The position numbers and the translations under genes were made by a program. The notes beneath the pieces are model-generated. The model ran no database searches, was not told the origin of the DNA, and worked only from the letters and a program-made list of their open reading frames with translations. Positions 1-12,500 of a stretch of DNA of 64,000 bases are shown piece after piece. Numbering within the stretch: position 1 is the stretch's first letter; each line of letters opens with the position of its first letter. The DNA is from Phoronis australis (taxonomy: Eukaryota; Animalia; Phoronida), in contig NMRA01000164.1 in assembly GCA_002633005.1 (NCBI GenBank), positions 157,085-221,084 on the forward strand. Direction: 5' to 3'.

Positions 1-317
1 AACCATTCTACCAAACACAAAGATTTCCAGCCAAGAGTACAAACCTATGGACAGACTCGGCAGTGATCGGGTCAGGAATTCCTGATGTGACGTGTTTCCG
101 AAGATAGCCGAAGTTAAAAATTTTCTGTTCTCAAAATTTTGTGGGGAAGTGGGAGCGTGTTTTACACGAATAATAGAAGAATATGGGGTATGAAATAAAA
201 AGAAATGTGGTTTATAAGCAAACTTTATGAACAATCAACACATGTGTATACATTAACTACAACTAAATAGCTGTGAACCAATCTCTTTAAGGTGTGATTT
301 CGTTTTAGGCTGAGTTT

Positions 318-1097
318 AAAGAGACTATTTTTATTCAGATTATTTAACAACACATCTCAAATTGTTCCTCAATCAGAAGAATGGGGCTGGAAAAAGTTCG
401 TGTGAGACCATGACACAACACACCGTGACATGGCATTGTAACTGTTTTAAAATAATTTTCAAGAAAACAAACCAGTGCCCCTAATTAGACTAAGCAACAA
501 TACGAGAGTAGTCTCGCCACAAGTAAATTTTTGTGACGGATGGTGTATTTAATAGCTGCTGCAAATAGTGCCTATTTCTGGGATGCATCAACCTTGAAAA
601 TAAACTGGGACAACCAAACATGAGAATCTTCTGCAAGAACTTTAATGCACCAAATAAGGAAAGGTGAAATAGATCAGCAGAAATTAAGGTACATTTTTTA
701 AATTATTTTATTCCAAACTCACAGCTACAGACAACTACTCATAACAATTGAGAGTCCAAAATTTGAACATGCTTTTGTGACAGGAAAGCTGATACTATTG
801 TCAAAGAGGCAGTCCTGAGCCCATTGGGATAAAACACTGGTGCCCTTCAACTCGTGTAAATAACAAGCCTTTGTCCTCCCCCCATTCCACTTCTTTCTTG
901 TCTGCATATAATAAACAGATTTTAATTGAAGGCCACTCATTTTCCTGTCCTATGGGGACCTCAGGTGAACAATTCTTTCCATAATATTTGAACTCCCAAC
1001 AATTACACAAAGAATGCCTTACAAATTATTCAAAATGACAAAGCCAGAGACATCTAAAGCCTACACAAATACTTCCCAGGGCAAAATCACCAACAAG
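318..1097 (+). repeat. ~780-bp direct duplication, copy A
   Basis: Colinear and highly similar to 29067-29850 (e.g. cacatctcaaattgttcct..aatcagaagaatggggctgg ... caccaacaag). Confidence 0.93.
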
Positions 1098-2732
1098 AGT
1101 AACGCGGAGCGTTGAAATGCGCCTACGAATGCATCGCAAATGGTGTGCTTTTAGGGTTAATCATTTGTATCATAAAAATGGCCACCAATTGGCGCAAAAG
1201 CGTACAATCCATTCAAAAACGGGAACATACCATATTTCATAAAAATGAGTCAAGGAAGTTCAGAGAAACAAAGGAAAACAGAATAAAATGAAATTGCCAC
1301 TGTGGGCACAGCGTCCGTTGAATCCGCCTGAAAATTGTCATCTGTTGCTATCTTCATTATCAATATACTCACTAAACTAGGAGATACAGCTCATGGGCCC
1401 AAAACAAAACTATCACTAGGAGGCGCCACAGTAGTCAGTCGCCATCATCTCGCTGGTTCCCTGCGTGGCGCTATGTGGGGAGGTAGCCGTGTCAGCATGC
1501 AGGTGTCCTTAATTTTCCTAGGTAAATTTTTTTACACTGGAGTTTCTGATTGGTTAGTCTATTCGTCAACAGGGAGCGCTTTACGCAAACAAACTGGCAT
1601 TACTAATGGACTGAAGTGTAATTGTGGTCTGTTGCAGACAAATCGGTGTTTATGTTCAGGAAATGTGAAGCCTAGAAATTGTGATTGCGCCTTTTCGGAA
1701 TGCATCTTTCTACTGTCGATGACTTTTGTTTACGATAGTGTCCTGTATTCATGCAGTATGAATAACACACCGGTTAAATCGGCCAGATGCGTTTATTGTA
1801 CATGTATGTGATTCAAGCACGCGGCTATGAAACATCACTGCAGAAACGAAATAGTTGCTGCGACGCTACTTGCATGACAAGGCTAAAAATTGTTCACAAT
1901 CCGCCATTTTTCCCCGGTGTTGTAAAGCTAACCATTGACTGCCGAGGTTAAATCGACCAATGCTAAAGCGCGTGCCACTGCATGATACCTGCGTGGTGAC
2001 TGGGCTAAGCATGCAGGGAACCAGCGACTTGCCATCATCAAACGTCCCCTTCACAATGAGAACATATACACCCATTTTTAAAACTATCCCCACAATGATT
2101 TGGTTGATAGAGGGGTGGACGCCAAAAACAAGATTCGAAAACACCAAGAATGACCACCACCTACCTCAATTCCATCCAAGAACAGGTTAGCGCCACCTCA
2201 CCAATAGATGCATGTATTTAAAATTTTATGAAAATCTGTTAAGGACCTTTGAACATACAGAGTTAAATGTAAAAAACTAAAATTGCCACTAGGGGGCACA
2301 TCAGAAGTCAGATCCATCCGAAAGTCGTCGCCGTTCATTGTCAACATCATATAAATATACTTGCTAAATTAAGTAAAAATCCTGCAAACGGTTTAGGAGA
2401 TACAGCCATGAGCCCAACAAAATATATAACTGCCACTAGGAGGCGCCACAGTAGTGGAAGTAGTCAGAAAATTATCGTCAGCCGTCCACTTCATAGTAAA
2501 AACATACATGCCAATTTTCACAATTATCCTGAAAGCAGTGTGGTTGATAGACGAGTAGACGCCAAAAATCAGACTCCAAAACGGTGAAAATAGCCACTAG
2601 GTGGCGCAAACTAGGTCGAATCCACCTGAAAACAATGTCACCTCATTAACAGATGCCTGTATAGCATATTTTATAAAAATACGTTGAGGACCTTTGAAGA
2701 TCCACAGGTAAACGTAAAAAAATTAATTTGTC
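1092..2732 (+). mobile_element. Non-autonomous Helentron-like (HINE/pearl-type) element with internal tandem subrepeats, truncated copy
   Basis: Same start (aacaagag.aacgc.gag.gttgaaatgcgcc) and same subrepeats as 7807-9310; interrupted by an insertion at ~1449-2029. Confidence 0.75.
1449..2029. mobile_element. Non-autonomous TIR element nested in the Helentron-like repeat
   Basis: TIR tcgctggttccctgc / gcagggaaccagcga; flanking direct repeat gccatcat (1441-1448, 2031-2038). Confidence 0.75.
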
Positions 2733-3131
2733 ACTTAATCAACAAATACACAAGACTCGCAGACGACCATACTCCCAATACAGACCAGCACCCTTAAACC
2801 CACACAAGTCATGCCAAAAATGCTCTAGACCTGGACACCATGCTCCAGTTCAGATTTCAAAAACCGGATGGGCATTCTGGTCAATGAGATTGAAATTTGG
2901 TAACTGCGTAGAGCATTTTCGGGTTCATGTCGTGAGTTCAGGGTCGTACTCTCGGGGATTTGTACTGTGAGTTTGATGTTTGGTGGTCCCAAGACTGGCG
3001 GTCCAAGACTGGCAGAGTTCATACCTAGGACTTATAGAAAACGCCACGACATCATTCCCTTTTCCTGCTACACAGTATATGCGTGTAGCACAAATCTGAG
3101 CAGCAAATCCAAAACAAAATAACGTTAAATC

Positions 3132-3137
3132 TTTATT
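3132..3137 (-). terminator. Candidate polyadenylation signal of the FET gene
   Basis: AATAAA on the minus strand ~220 nt after the stop, followed by T/GT-rich sequence. Confidence 0.55.
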
Positions 3138-3354
3138 TTTACACTGGACAGATAAAATAGCTACATACATACAAAAAATACTAAAATGACATTGTTAAAA
3201 ATGTTCTCTATTTGTTCAGTGTCCTTATGGGTGTCCGACAGAGAGTGAACATAGCGCAGGTGTTCCATTTCCATCTCACTCAACTCTTTACGGGGCCTGG
3301 CTCAGTCAGCAACTGTGAACACATAGATGTACCACTAATTCAACTCTGATCAAC

Positions 3355-3589
3355 CTAGTATGGTCGGTGCCTCTGGTCATCTCTACCACGACCTCTGAAA
3401 CCCCCGCGACCTCCACCACGACCTCGGTCGCCTCCCCTGTCATATCCTCCTCGGCCGCCACCACCACGACCACGGAAACCACCTCCTCGACCACCACTGT
3501 AACCACCTCCACCACCACCGAAATCAGAGCGAGGTTTATGGCAACGGTTGCAGGAATCACGCCGCGCAAAGTTCAAGTTACCACACCCA
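3355..3589 (-). CDS. FUS: FET last exon (zinc finger, RGG, PY-NLS)
   Basis: aattctag acceptor; GCGNLNFARRDSCNRCHKPR...RDDQRHRPY*. Confidence 0.96.
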
Positions 3590-6500
3590 CTAGAATTCGA
3601 AAACAAAATCAATTTTAACATTACGAAGTAAAAAGTCACTGACAGATACTGTCAATATTATTCCAACAACTACTCATCCATAACATAGCAGGAACAAGCT
3701 TACTTTAAGATGTACAACTTTCAGGACTTCGCAGATAGGGTTGGTTTCTTGGCAATACTTTTTGATGTTTGATATTGTCGGATAATGCCATGCTTTTTGG
3801 TCTAAAAGTATTGCATCTGCTTACATGTGAAGACAATCTGACCAGATCCAAGATAATATGCTAGAGTTGGCGTATGAAGTAAATATGATATTACAACCCA
3901 CTGATCTAAACTATGGTCACTGTTATCTGTTAAGACTGGCGCCTTTTGTGTGGCAACTCATATCTAAATGTTATTCCCCAGAGTCAAAAGGGCCCTGACC
4001 ACCATTAGGTGTCAGCACGATACTCACTCCGCTTCACACCTCCAGTCACCAGGTCTACTGTCGCCGTCGTTTCCACCACGGTCACCACCACCACCACCAC
4101 GACCTATAGATAAATACATAGATATTTTATAGCATCACGTTAGCAGCAATATAACATACAAACTTTCAAGTCACAATTTTACTTAATGTACCGAAGTCTA
4201 CCCTGTTCACAACATACAATCTATATAACGTACAGATTTCAAAGATCTCTTGAATGTTATTACATGTGGGCTAAACAGTGTATTTTGGTTTAATATTAAA
4301 GAGTACCGTACAATTAAGAATGAATTTGTGCCTGCAATTTTTTTCTTTATTTTTTACAAACATTTATCAGTTTCGCCACTAAGCTTAAAATAACAATTCG
4401 CGGGTCTTTGACACGGAAATATCTTTCTATTTCTAATTCGTAAATACTTTCATTATTAAATAGCCGGAATAAGACGAAGTAAGCAATCCACAAATCACAG
4501 AAGTCGTTGCTTATAGGTTAGGCCGGTGACACACATACCGATAGAAGAGGCCTCGCGATTCGCTGATTATTGGGCTATTTTGAGAATGAAACGAATTAAG
4601 TTTTTCGAGTTTGTAGCTCAACTTTTTGGCTAAAATAATGATTTTACAAAAATTTTTAATTTCTAACTATAAAATCTTCTTCCTCGTCCATTTCGACTAC
4701 AAATCGGCGTATATCAGGGCTTGGAATGACCTATGACAAAAAAGCGGAAATTTTTATCGAGAAAACTAAAAAAGGTACCACCTCCAGAAGCGTGCGTCTG
4801 CATCTTTTTAGCTCGTCTGTCCACATCCAACTCCAAATATTTTTGACTGCAGAGTCAAAGTATTTGTCAATGCGATTTACAATCTCACGAGACGCCATTG
4901 CAGAAATCCACCACGCTATCCCGGGTACCCCGGCAATGTTGAAAATTTACGTTCCTCCGAAACACAAAGAGCAACTTCCGCTTTTCGAGGTGAAAGCCGT
5001 CGGCAACGCCGCGGTAAGAAAGAAATTTGCAGCAGAAATTTTATATCAAATCCGATTTTTTTTACGCGGAAATATAATAAAATACGCGGACAGAACATTT
5101 GAAAAAAGCGGAAATCCGTGTTTCCGCGGAAAATTCCAAGCCATGGTATATATTGAGAAACAAGCGAATCAATCTCTTTTGAATTTGCTGAATTTGCATA
5201 TTTTTGCCTGGCCGTGCGTACTTGCGTACTGGAGGCTTGATTTCCATACGAATCCTCATTTTTTGCGTATGGTACACAGGTCTGTAAACAACTGAAAAGA
5301 TTTTTTCTGTTTTTTCCTAATGACCAACAAACTGGTTCTCACTAACCATGTAAGAGCGCAGACTAAACCCTTCAAAACCATTACCAGATGCATATATTGC
5401 CATGATCTGGACCCGTAACCACCAAACGTTACTGACAATCCCCTTTATAATGCAGACTGAGTAATGTGTCAAATTTTGGAGATTTCCAAAACATATGAAT
5501 AAAATTCTATTTAAAATTCTATTTACAAAGCAAATACCCTGCACATTTTTATTTTAAAACACCAGACAATTATTTTCACACCTACACTGGACAACTTCAA
5601 ATTCGACCAAAGTTGTCAAGTCTCAGTAAGTCTTAAAAGGACTTGGGTAGAGTTTGGAGGCTGTCACTTTTCAAGTATTACCCCAGCGAGCACAGTTTGG
5701 AGTAAAAGTCTCCGAGTAAATCAATAATCTGAGTAAACTTTGGTGGTCATGGGAACAGAGCTCGTAAGAAACATTGCTCCACAGGTATGCAGACTCACCT
5801 CTTCCACCTCGGTCATACCCTCCACGACCACCTCGGCCTCCACCGCGGCCGCCACCTCTGCCACCGCCTGGCTGCCAGGCAGGTCTTTGGGCCAGCTCTA
5901 CCTTAAGTTCATATCCATTAAAGAGCTTACCTGTAACAGAAAGCCCTTAGGTGATCTTAAACGGTAACTGAAGATATACAATTTCAGCAGTATCAAAACA
6001 TCAGGATGATTGGGCAAACATTACAATGGCCAAACACACACACGCGCACACACACACACACAGGCATGTCAAATTATTCTTTGTCATAATCAACATACAG
6101 CAGATTTCGAAAATCAATGACTATAAATTTCAAAAAATTCATTCGTGACTACGCTGTAATTGTTTGATGAAATTTGTCTTACTACCTCATTATGGTAACA
6201 ACCATTGTTTATGTGCTGTCGTACACAATGAAACACGTTGGAGAAACACTCTAACCAAGCTGACAATCACTAAAGTATGTTACTGTTTCTCATCAATTTT
6301 TCTCGACTTCTTTGCTGTTCAACAACTCAGCTCACACTATTTGCCGCACACATCTTAATAAACTACAATGTTAAAACACTACAACCTCTTCATTTCTTCA
6401 ATAAGGTCAACAGATGACTCACCTACTCGCTTCAGGATTACTAATTGATGTTGCTCAGACTGAGAGCTACAAACGCAACATACCATTAAACCAATCGATG

Positions 6501-9500
6501 GCCGAAGTGGCTGAGTATGAATCTTCATATGTGACTGTGGCCTCGCCTTTACTTGCTTTGGTCACCTTGTCTTTGTATATCCAGATCTTAGGTTCTCCAG
6601 TTCTCTTGTCCATCTGGAGTTAAGGTACGGTAAATGAATTCTAGAATAACTGAAACCACATGTCCGTATTCTGGATTAACTATTTGCAATTAACTTAAAG
6701 CACAGTGTTTGCAGATTATTTAATATTAAGCATAATCTAAGAACTGAAACATTTTAATAACTAATACATACTGACAACAACCAAAATAAGAAAAGTAACA
6801 CGCATCTAGGAACAACACTAACCTTGATAATTCCGATTGAACCAAAGTAATCACGGATCTCATTCACAGTAATCTCTGATCCCATTCCAGTGACGAATAT
6901 CGTGTCGAGCTGAGTTTCCATCTTACGATCTGTGATAGAATTTTGCAAAGACAAATAAGAAATTACGTAGCGTGACAGACTATAGGCACAACTAGACAAT
7001 AAAAAATCCCTTATGTTAGGGATTTACATTAGCAAGACCCCAGAAAATACAATATGTTTACTCCAAATATAAGGCTATGTGTGATTTCGGAAAAGGGGCC
7101 AATAAATGGAAAATGTGCTAACCACAAGAAATTATTTGTCAATTATCCCGTCGTGCGTTTCATAGATACGGTGAGCAAAGCAAAATACTAATTCAACAGA
7201 AACACATGGAAAAAGTCTTAAATGGTACCTTTAGATTTGCCATTCATGTAAGTTTTTAAAGTTTTTAAACCAGTTGGGAGGTTCTCGAGTTATTTAAATT
7301 TTATTTTAGAGCCTCAAAAAGGCTTTTCTTCAGCAAACAGCACAGAAATGTCAGGCCACAAAAAATAGCAAATTTAGACAACTATATTTGGGAATCCTTA
7401 GTTTAATGTGTTCATAAAAACAAGATGGAGAGTCCATTACAAGTAAGTTAACAACATGGCATCAACACCAAACCAAAAACTATTATATTTTGCACGAACA
7501 AGAACTATAACAATTGAAAGTTCACATTCGCCAGGATATTTTTGCCCATGAAACTAAATTAAGGGTTGGTTTGAGAAGAGAGTAACTTATTACTTTGAAA
7601 ATGAAAGAACACTTCAAGAAGTACTACTGTGCATTACTGTTGAAGTGCTTAGGTAAAAATAAGGCACACACTAGCCTACAGAAATCCCTGATCACTGCGC
7701 GGTTCCAGCATCTTTGTTGAAGTTTTTACGCGAGCGACCTGTTTAGATTACCAGATGTGGAGAACACTGTAAATTCTGAAGGAAATTCCTGCAGCTTCTT
7801 TTCTTTAACAAGAGCAACGCAGAGTGTTGAAATGCGCCCAAAAATGCATCGCAAATGGTGTGCTTTTAGGGTTACATACTTGTATCATAAATGGCACAAC
7901 ATACAATCCGTCCGATAATGGAGGCATGTCATTGCTTCTTTAATAGAAAGGTATACACCAAATTTCATAGAAATCCATCACGGAACTTCAGAGAAATAAA
8001 GGAAAACAGAATAAAATGAAATTGCCACTAGGAGGCACAGAGTTCATTGGATCTGCCTGAAAGTAGTCATTGTCTGTTGTTAGCTTCATCTAAATACACT
8101 TACAAAATTTAATAAAGATCCTGCAGTGGGTTCAGGAGATACAGCTATGGGCGCAAAACAAAAAACTACCACTAGGAGGCGTCAGGGAAGACAAAGTTGT
8201 CATCATCACCAATAGATGCCCGTATTCAAAATTTTATGAAAATTTGTTAAAGACCTTTGAAGCTACAGAGGTAAACGTAAAACTAAAATTGCCACCAGGG
8301 GGCATACCAGTAGTCAGATCCATCCCAAAATCATCGTCGTTCGTTGTAAACATTATATAAACACACTTCTTAAATTTAGTAAAGATCCTGCAAACGGTTT
8401 AGGAGATACAGCTATGGCGCAAAAAAGAAACTACCACTAGGAGACGCCACAATAGTCGAAGTCATCAGAAAATCATCAGCCGTCCACTTCATAGTAAAAA
8501 CATACGTGTCAATTTTCATAATTATCCTGAAAGTGGTTTGGTTAGAGGGGTGGACACCAAAAAAACAGACTCGAAAACAGTAAAAATGGCCACTAGGTGG
8601 CGCCAACTAGGTCGAATCCATCTGAAAACAGAAAGATAGCATCACCTCACTAACAGAAGCCTGTACGCCAAATTTTATGAAATTACGTTGAGGACCTTTG
8701 AAGATACAGAGGTAAGCATTAAAAAAATAAAACTGCCACTAGGTGGCACACCAGTTTTCAGATCTGTAAGGAAGTCGTCGTTGTCCATTGCCAACATCAT
8801 ATAAATTTAGTAAAGATGCTGCTAACGGTTTGGGAGATATAGCCATAGGTGCAAAAAAACTGCCACTAGGAGGTGCCACAGTAGTCCAAGTCGTCGGAAA
8901 ATCATTGTCAACCGCCCTCTTCATAGTAAGAACATACAGACTCGAAAACAGTAAAAATGGCCACCAGGTGGCGCAAACTACGACGAATCCATCCAAAAAT
9001 GGGAGGATACCATCGGCTCACTACTAGATGCCTACATACCAATTTTATGAAAATACGTTGAGGACCTTTGAAGATACAGAGGTAAACGTAAAAAAATAAA
9101 TTGCCACTAGGGGACACACCTTTAGTCGGATCTGTCCGAAAGTTCGCTCATGCCGTCCCATCCACGAAAGGAACACATGTGCAAAATTTCATGAACACAT
9201 GTCAATCGGTTTTGGAGATAAAGCAGCAGACGCCGGTCGGATGCCTCCTGGACAGCCGGAGGCAGATGACTGCATAATGCGTCCACATATAAATATGTGG
9301 GCACATAAAAACAATCTGAATCCCAGGCTTGATAATAATACCATCTTTTCAGTGTTCTCCACAACACAATCCAAACACAACGCAAATGCCCAGGTGAGTT
9401 CAATATCAGCAAGGGCTGTTCCAGCAAAATCCATATGGGAGGGGTAGACCGCAGTTGATATAAAAATTCATGGGTGGTGGTGTTCAAATAAAAAACTCAA

Positions 9501-12500
9501 ATTATGGGTGGTCGTTTTTGTAAGAAGTAAAGCATTAAAACTGAAACTAGGTTGAACAAGTGATGTTTTGAGAAGACAGCAAATTATTACTTTGAAAATG
9601 AGAGCACACTTCAAGAATTACTACTGTGCATTACTGTTGAGGTGCGTGGGCAAAAATAAGGCACACACTAGCATACTGAGAACATTGAGCGCTGCGCGGT
9701 TCCAGCACGTTTCAGGGCTTGGAATGACCAATGACAAAAAACGCGGAAACTTTTACGGCCCAAATCATGCCCAATAACCAGCCTTGAAATGGTCAATGTT
9801 AACCTTTCCCCGACAAAAATCGGGACTAAAAAAAAAAAAAACGTTACCACCATCAGTAGCATGCGTCTGCGTCCTTTTAGCTCGCCCATCCACTCCCAAC
9901 CCACACATTTTTGGCTGCAGAGCGGTAGTATTTGTAGCCGCGCTTAAAAATAACACGAGACGCCATTGAAAATCCCACCACGCTGTCCCAGATGCCCCGG
10001 CAATGTTGACAATTTACGTTCCTCCGAAACATAAAAAGCAACTTCCGCTTTTCGAGGTGAACGTCGTCTGCAACGCCGCGGTAAGAAAGGAATTTGCCGT
10101 GGAAATTTTATATCAAATTCGATTTTTTTACGCGGAAATATTATAAAAAAAGCGTAAAGCACATTTGAAAAAAGTGGAAATCCGCGTTTCCGCGGAAAAT
10201 TCCAAGCCCTGATGTTTGTTGCAGTTTTTATGCCTGCGACTTGTTTAGATTTTCAGATGTGGAGAACACTGTCAATCATGAAGGAAATTTCTGCAGGTTC
10301 TTTTCTTTAAGAACAATCTGAATCCCAGGCTTCACCATTTGGCCAACAACATCATGATATAAATAGCCAGGCTGAACAAAGCGAGTCAGCCACCAATCAT
10401 AGAACTCGATTCTAACATTTTAGGTCGGGTAGAAGTATTGATCAAAGCCGTCTCTTGATTAGGAAATTTTCATGAGAATGAAAATAGTATACGGATATTA
10501 ATCCTAACGTCCAGCGCTGCTTTTTTATAAGGTGGATATGTGCAGTATACCATTGGTGTGTCAGTCTCTGCATGCCTTTGCCGTACGTAACAGTGCAAAA
10601 CTCACCTCCGTTATTCCACTGGCTGTTTCCACCACCGCCGCCACCACCTGTAACACAGAGAATATACACCACTTAAAACATGAGACTACAACGGCGTGTT
10701 GATGTCACCATATTGTAACTGCCCTTTTGATGGGGTCTTTTAACTATGTTTTCAAGAATCCAAACTACAATATAAAAGTAAGGCTCAATTATATGTATTT
10801 GTGAAGAGTGAGACACACAACTTGGGTGATTTAAGAAACATTGTTAAAAGACCATCCAGCAAACACGGAGTTAATGCGGTACAATGTAGACAGTTTCACC
10901 CACAAATATTTCATAAAACTGACCATTTCACTACTAACGTTTTTGTGAATGGCCACAATTTCTGTCTTGATGATAGCTTTTGTTTTAAGAAAAAATAGAA
11001 TGTCTCTTGTTCGTCATATAAAGATCTAAATTAGAGACTTTGCCATAGAAATCGCAATTTGACAAAATCCAAAAGTTCCCACTCGGCAATATTCTCCAAG
11101 TTCATGACAATACCAGCTTAAGTCTAGCACCCATAATAGGCAAAACTAAACAATGACATAACACTGCCCATTATCAGCTTTCATGAACTGCACTAGACAA
11201 GGTTGTACATATTTTTAGGTTGAGGCATAACTTACAAGCATCCAGTACTTGTAATCTTGAAGGCAAATAAACAATCATGCAACCAGTGACATCAACACTC
11301 CCTTAAGCTTTCTTAATGTTGCCCATTCAAACTTTAAGATAGACTAAAGTGATACCTTGATAAAAGAATGTGCAACGTTCTAATCACATGTGTAGTAGAT
11401 GTAAGTTCTGTTTGCATCCTTCATATTACCACCTTTGTACACCAAAACACACTGGCTGCTCAGTCATTTCATTTTACACTTTATTAAATGCAGTTCGCAA
11501 ATTTTTGTCTCTCTATTTATCGTTTTTAAACAAGATCCTTTCTCGGCAGGCAGATGAACCAAAGTTAGTAAGCCTAAACATTCATAACATTTGTCAATTT
11601 ATGGCATTGCCGTGCTGAAACTGATACTCAAATATTGTTACAACCAAATTCACATTTGTTACCATTTAAAGTAGGCTTTAGCATCAGATTTCCAGTTTCC
11701 ACTTTATTCTACATGGCTAAACAGGATCGTCGCTTAACTACCACTAGCCAATACACCAATCAAGTTTTAACAATCTTAAGCAGACAATAATACGTCGCCT
11801 TTCCAATTTCAAGTCAACACTTAACAGCACCGACTCGATAACCATTTTCCAAGTGAACCACATACTTGGCATCACATTATACACTCTTTCACCATAGCCC
11901 TTGTATTAACTCGCATCTTTGGCCTTTACCAGTTTAAATTTTAACTTTGATTTTGGTTGCCAATATTAATTATTTATTTGTAAAATCGTGCACAAATTTT
12001 CAATTACTGTTCAGTATGTCAAGGTTGAAAGTCTTTTTATAGTACCAACTCAGGGAAACTCAAATACAACGCAGTTCACACCTGCAGCGTGATTCTTGGG
12101 TACAAGGCGATACATTTGACCACCTATCTAGAATTCACACCCATGAAATACCTTCTCTGGAGTACGATTTTTGTTTATTTAGAATACCTTGATGCACACT
12201 ATAATTCAAACACAATAAACCAAAAGCCCTGATGTAAAATAAGGGTTGAGCAGTGATTTTCTCATCCAGTACTCTGCATAATCTCGCATTAGACCACTTA
12301 TTGGTGGAACACACCTGATTAATTAAACAGCAGTGTGCCAAAACAGTTTGAATGCAAGCTATGCGGTAAATCACCAAACAAAAGTATCTCCTGCTCGTTC
12401 ATTGTAACTGTGTGTATTACATTTACGTGGGTTGCTACGAACGTAGTTCAAAGCTCGGTAACCATTTTGCATGGCGTGTGTAGCACATCAAGCTATGAGC

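Noticed and set aside
3306-3618. Val-rich and Thr-rich (mucin-like) ORFs; likewise 5740..5967, 17179..17517 and 19240..19512
   Set aside because: Alternative-frame or antisense shadows of GGY/RGG-rich FET exons.
4726-5295. 189-aa ORF
   Set aside because: Lies across the CAGGG MITE inside FET intron 11; the second MITE copy does not keep the frame; no recognisable domain.
8020-9120. CRISPR-like regularly spaced repeats
   Set aside because: Eukaryotic context, no cas genes, and the intervening sequences are themselves homologous subrepeats rather than unique spacers.
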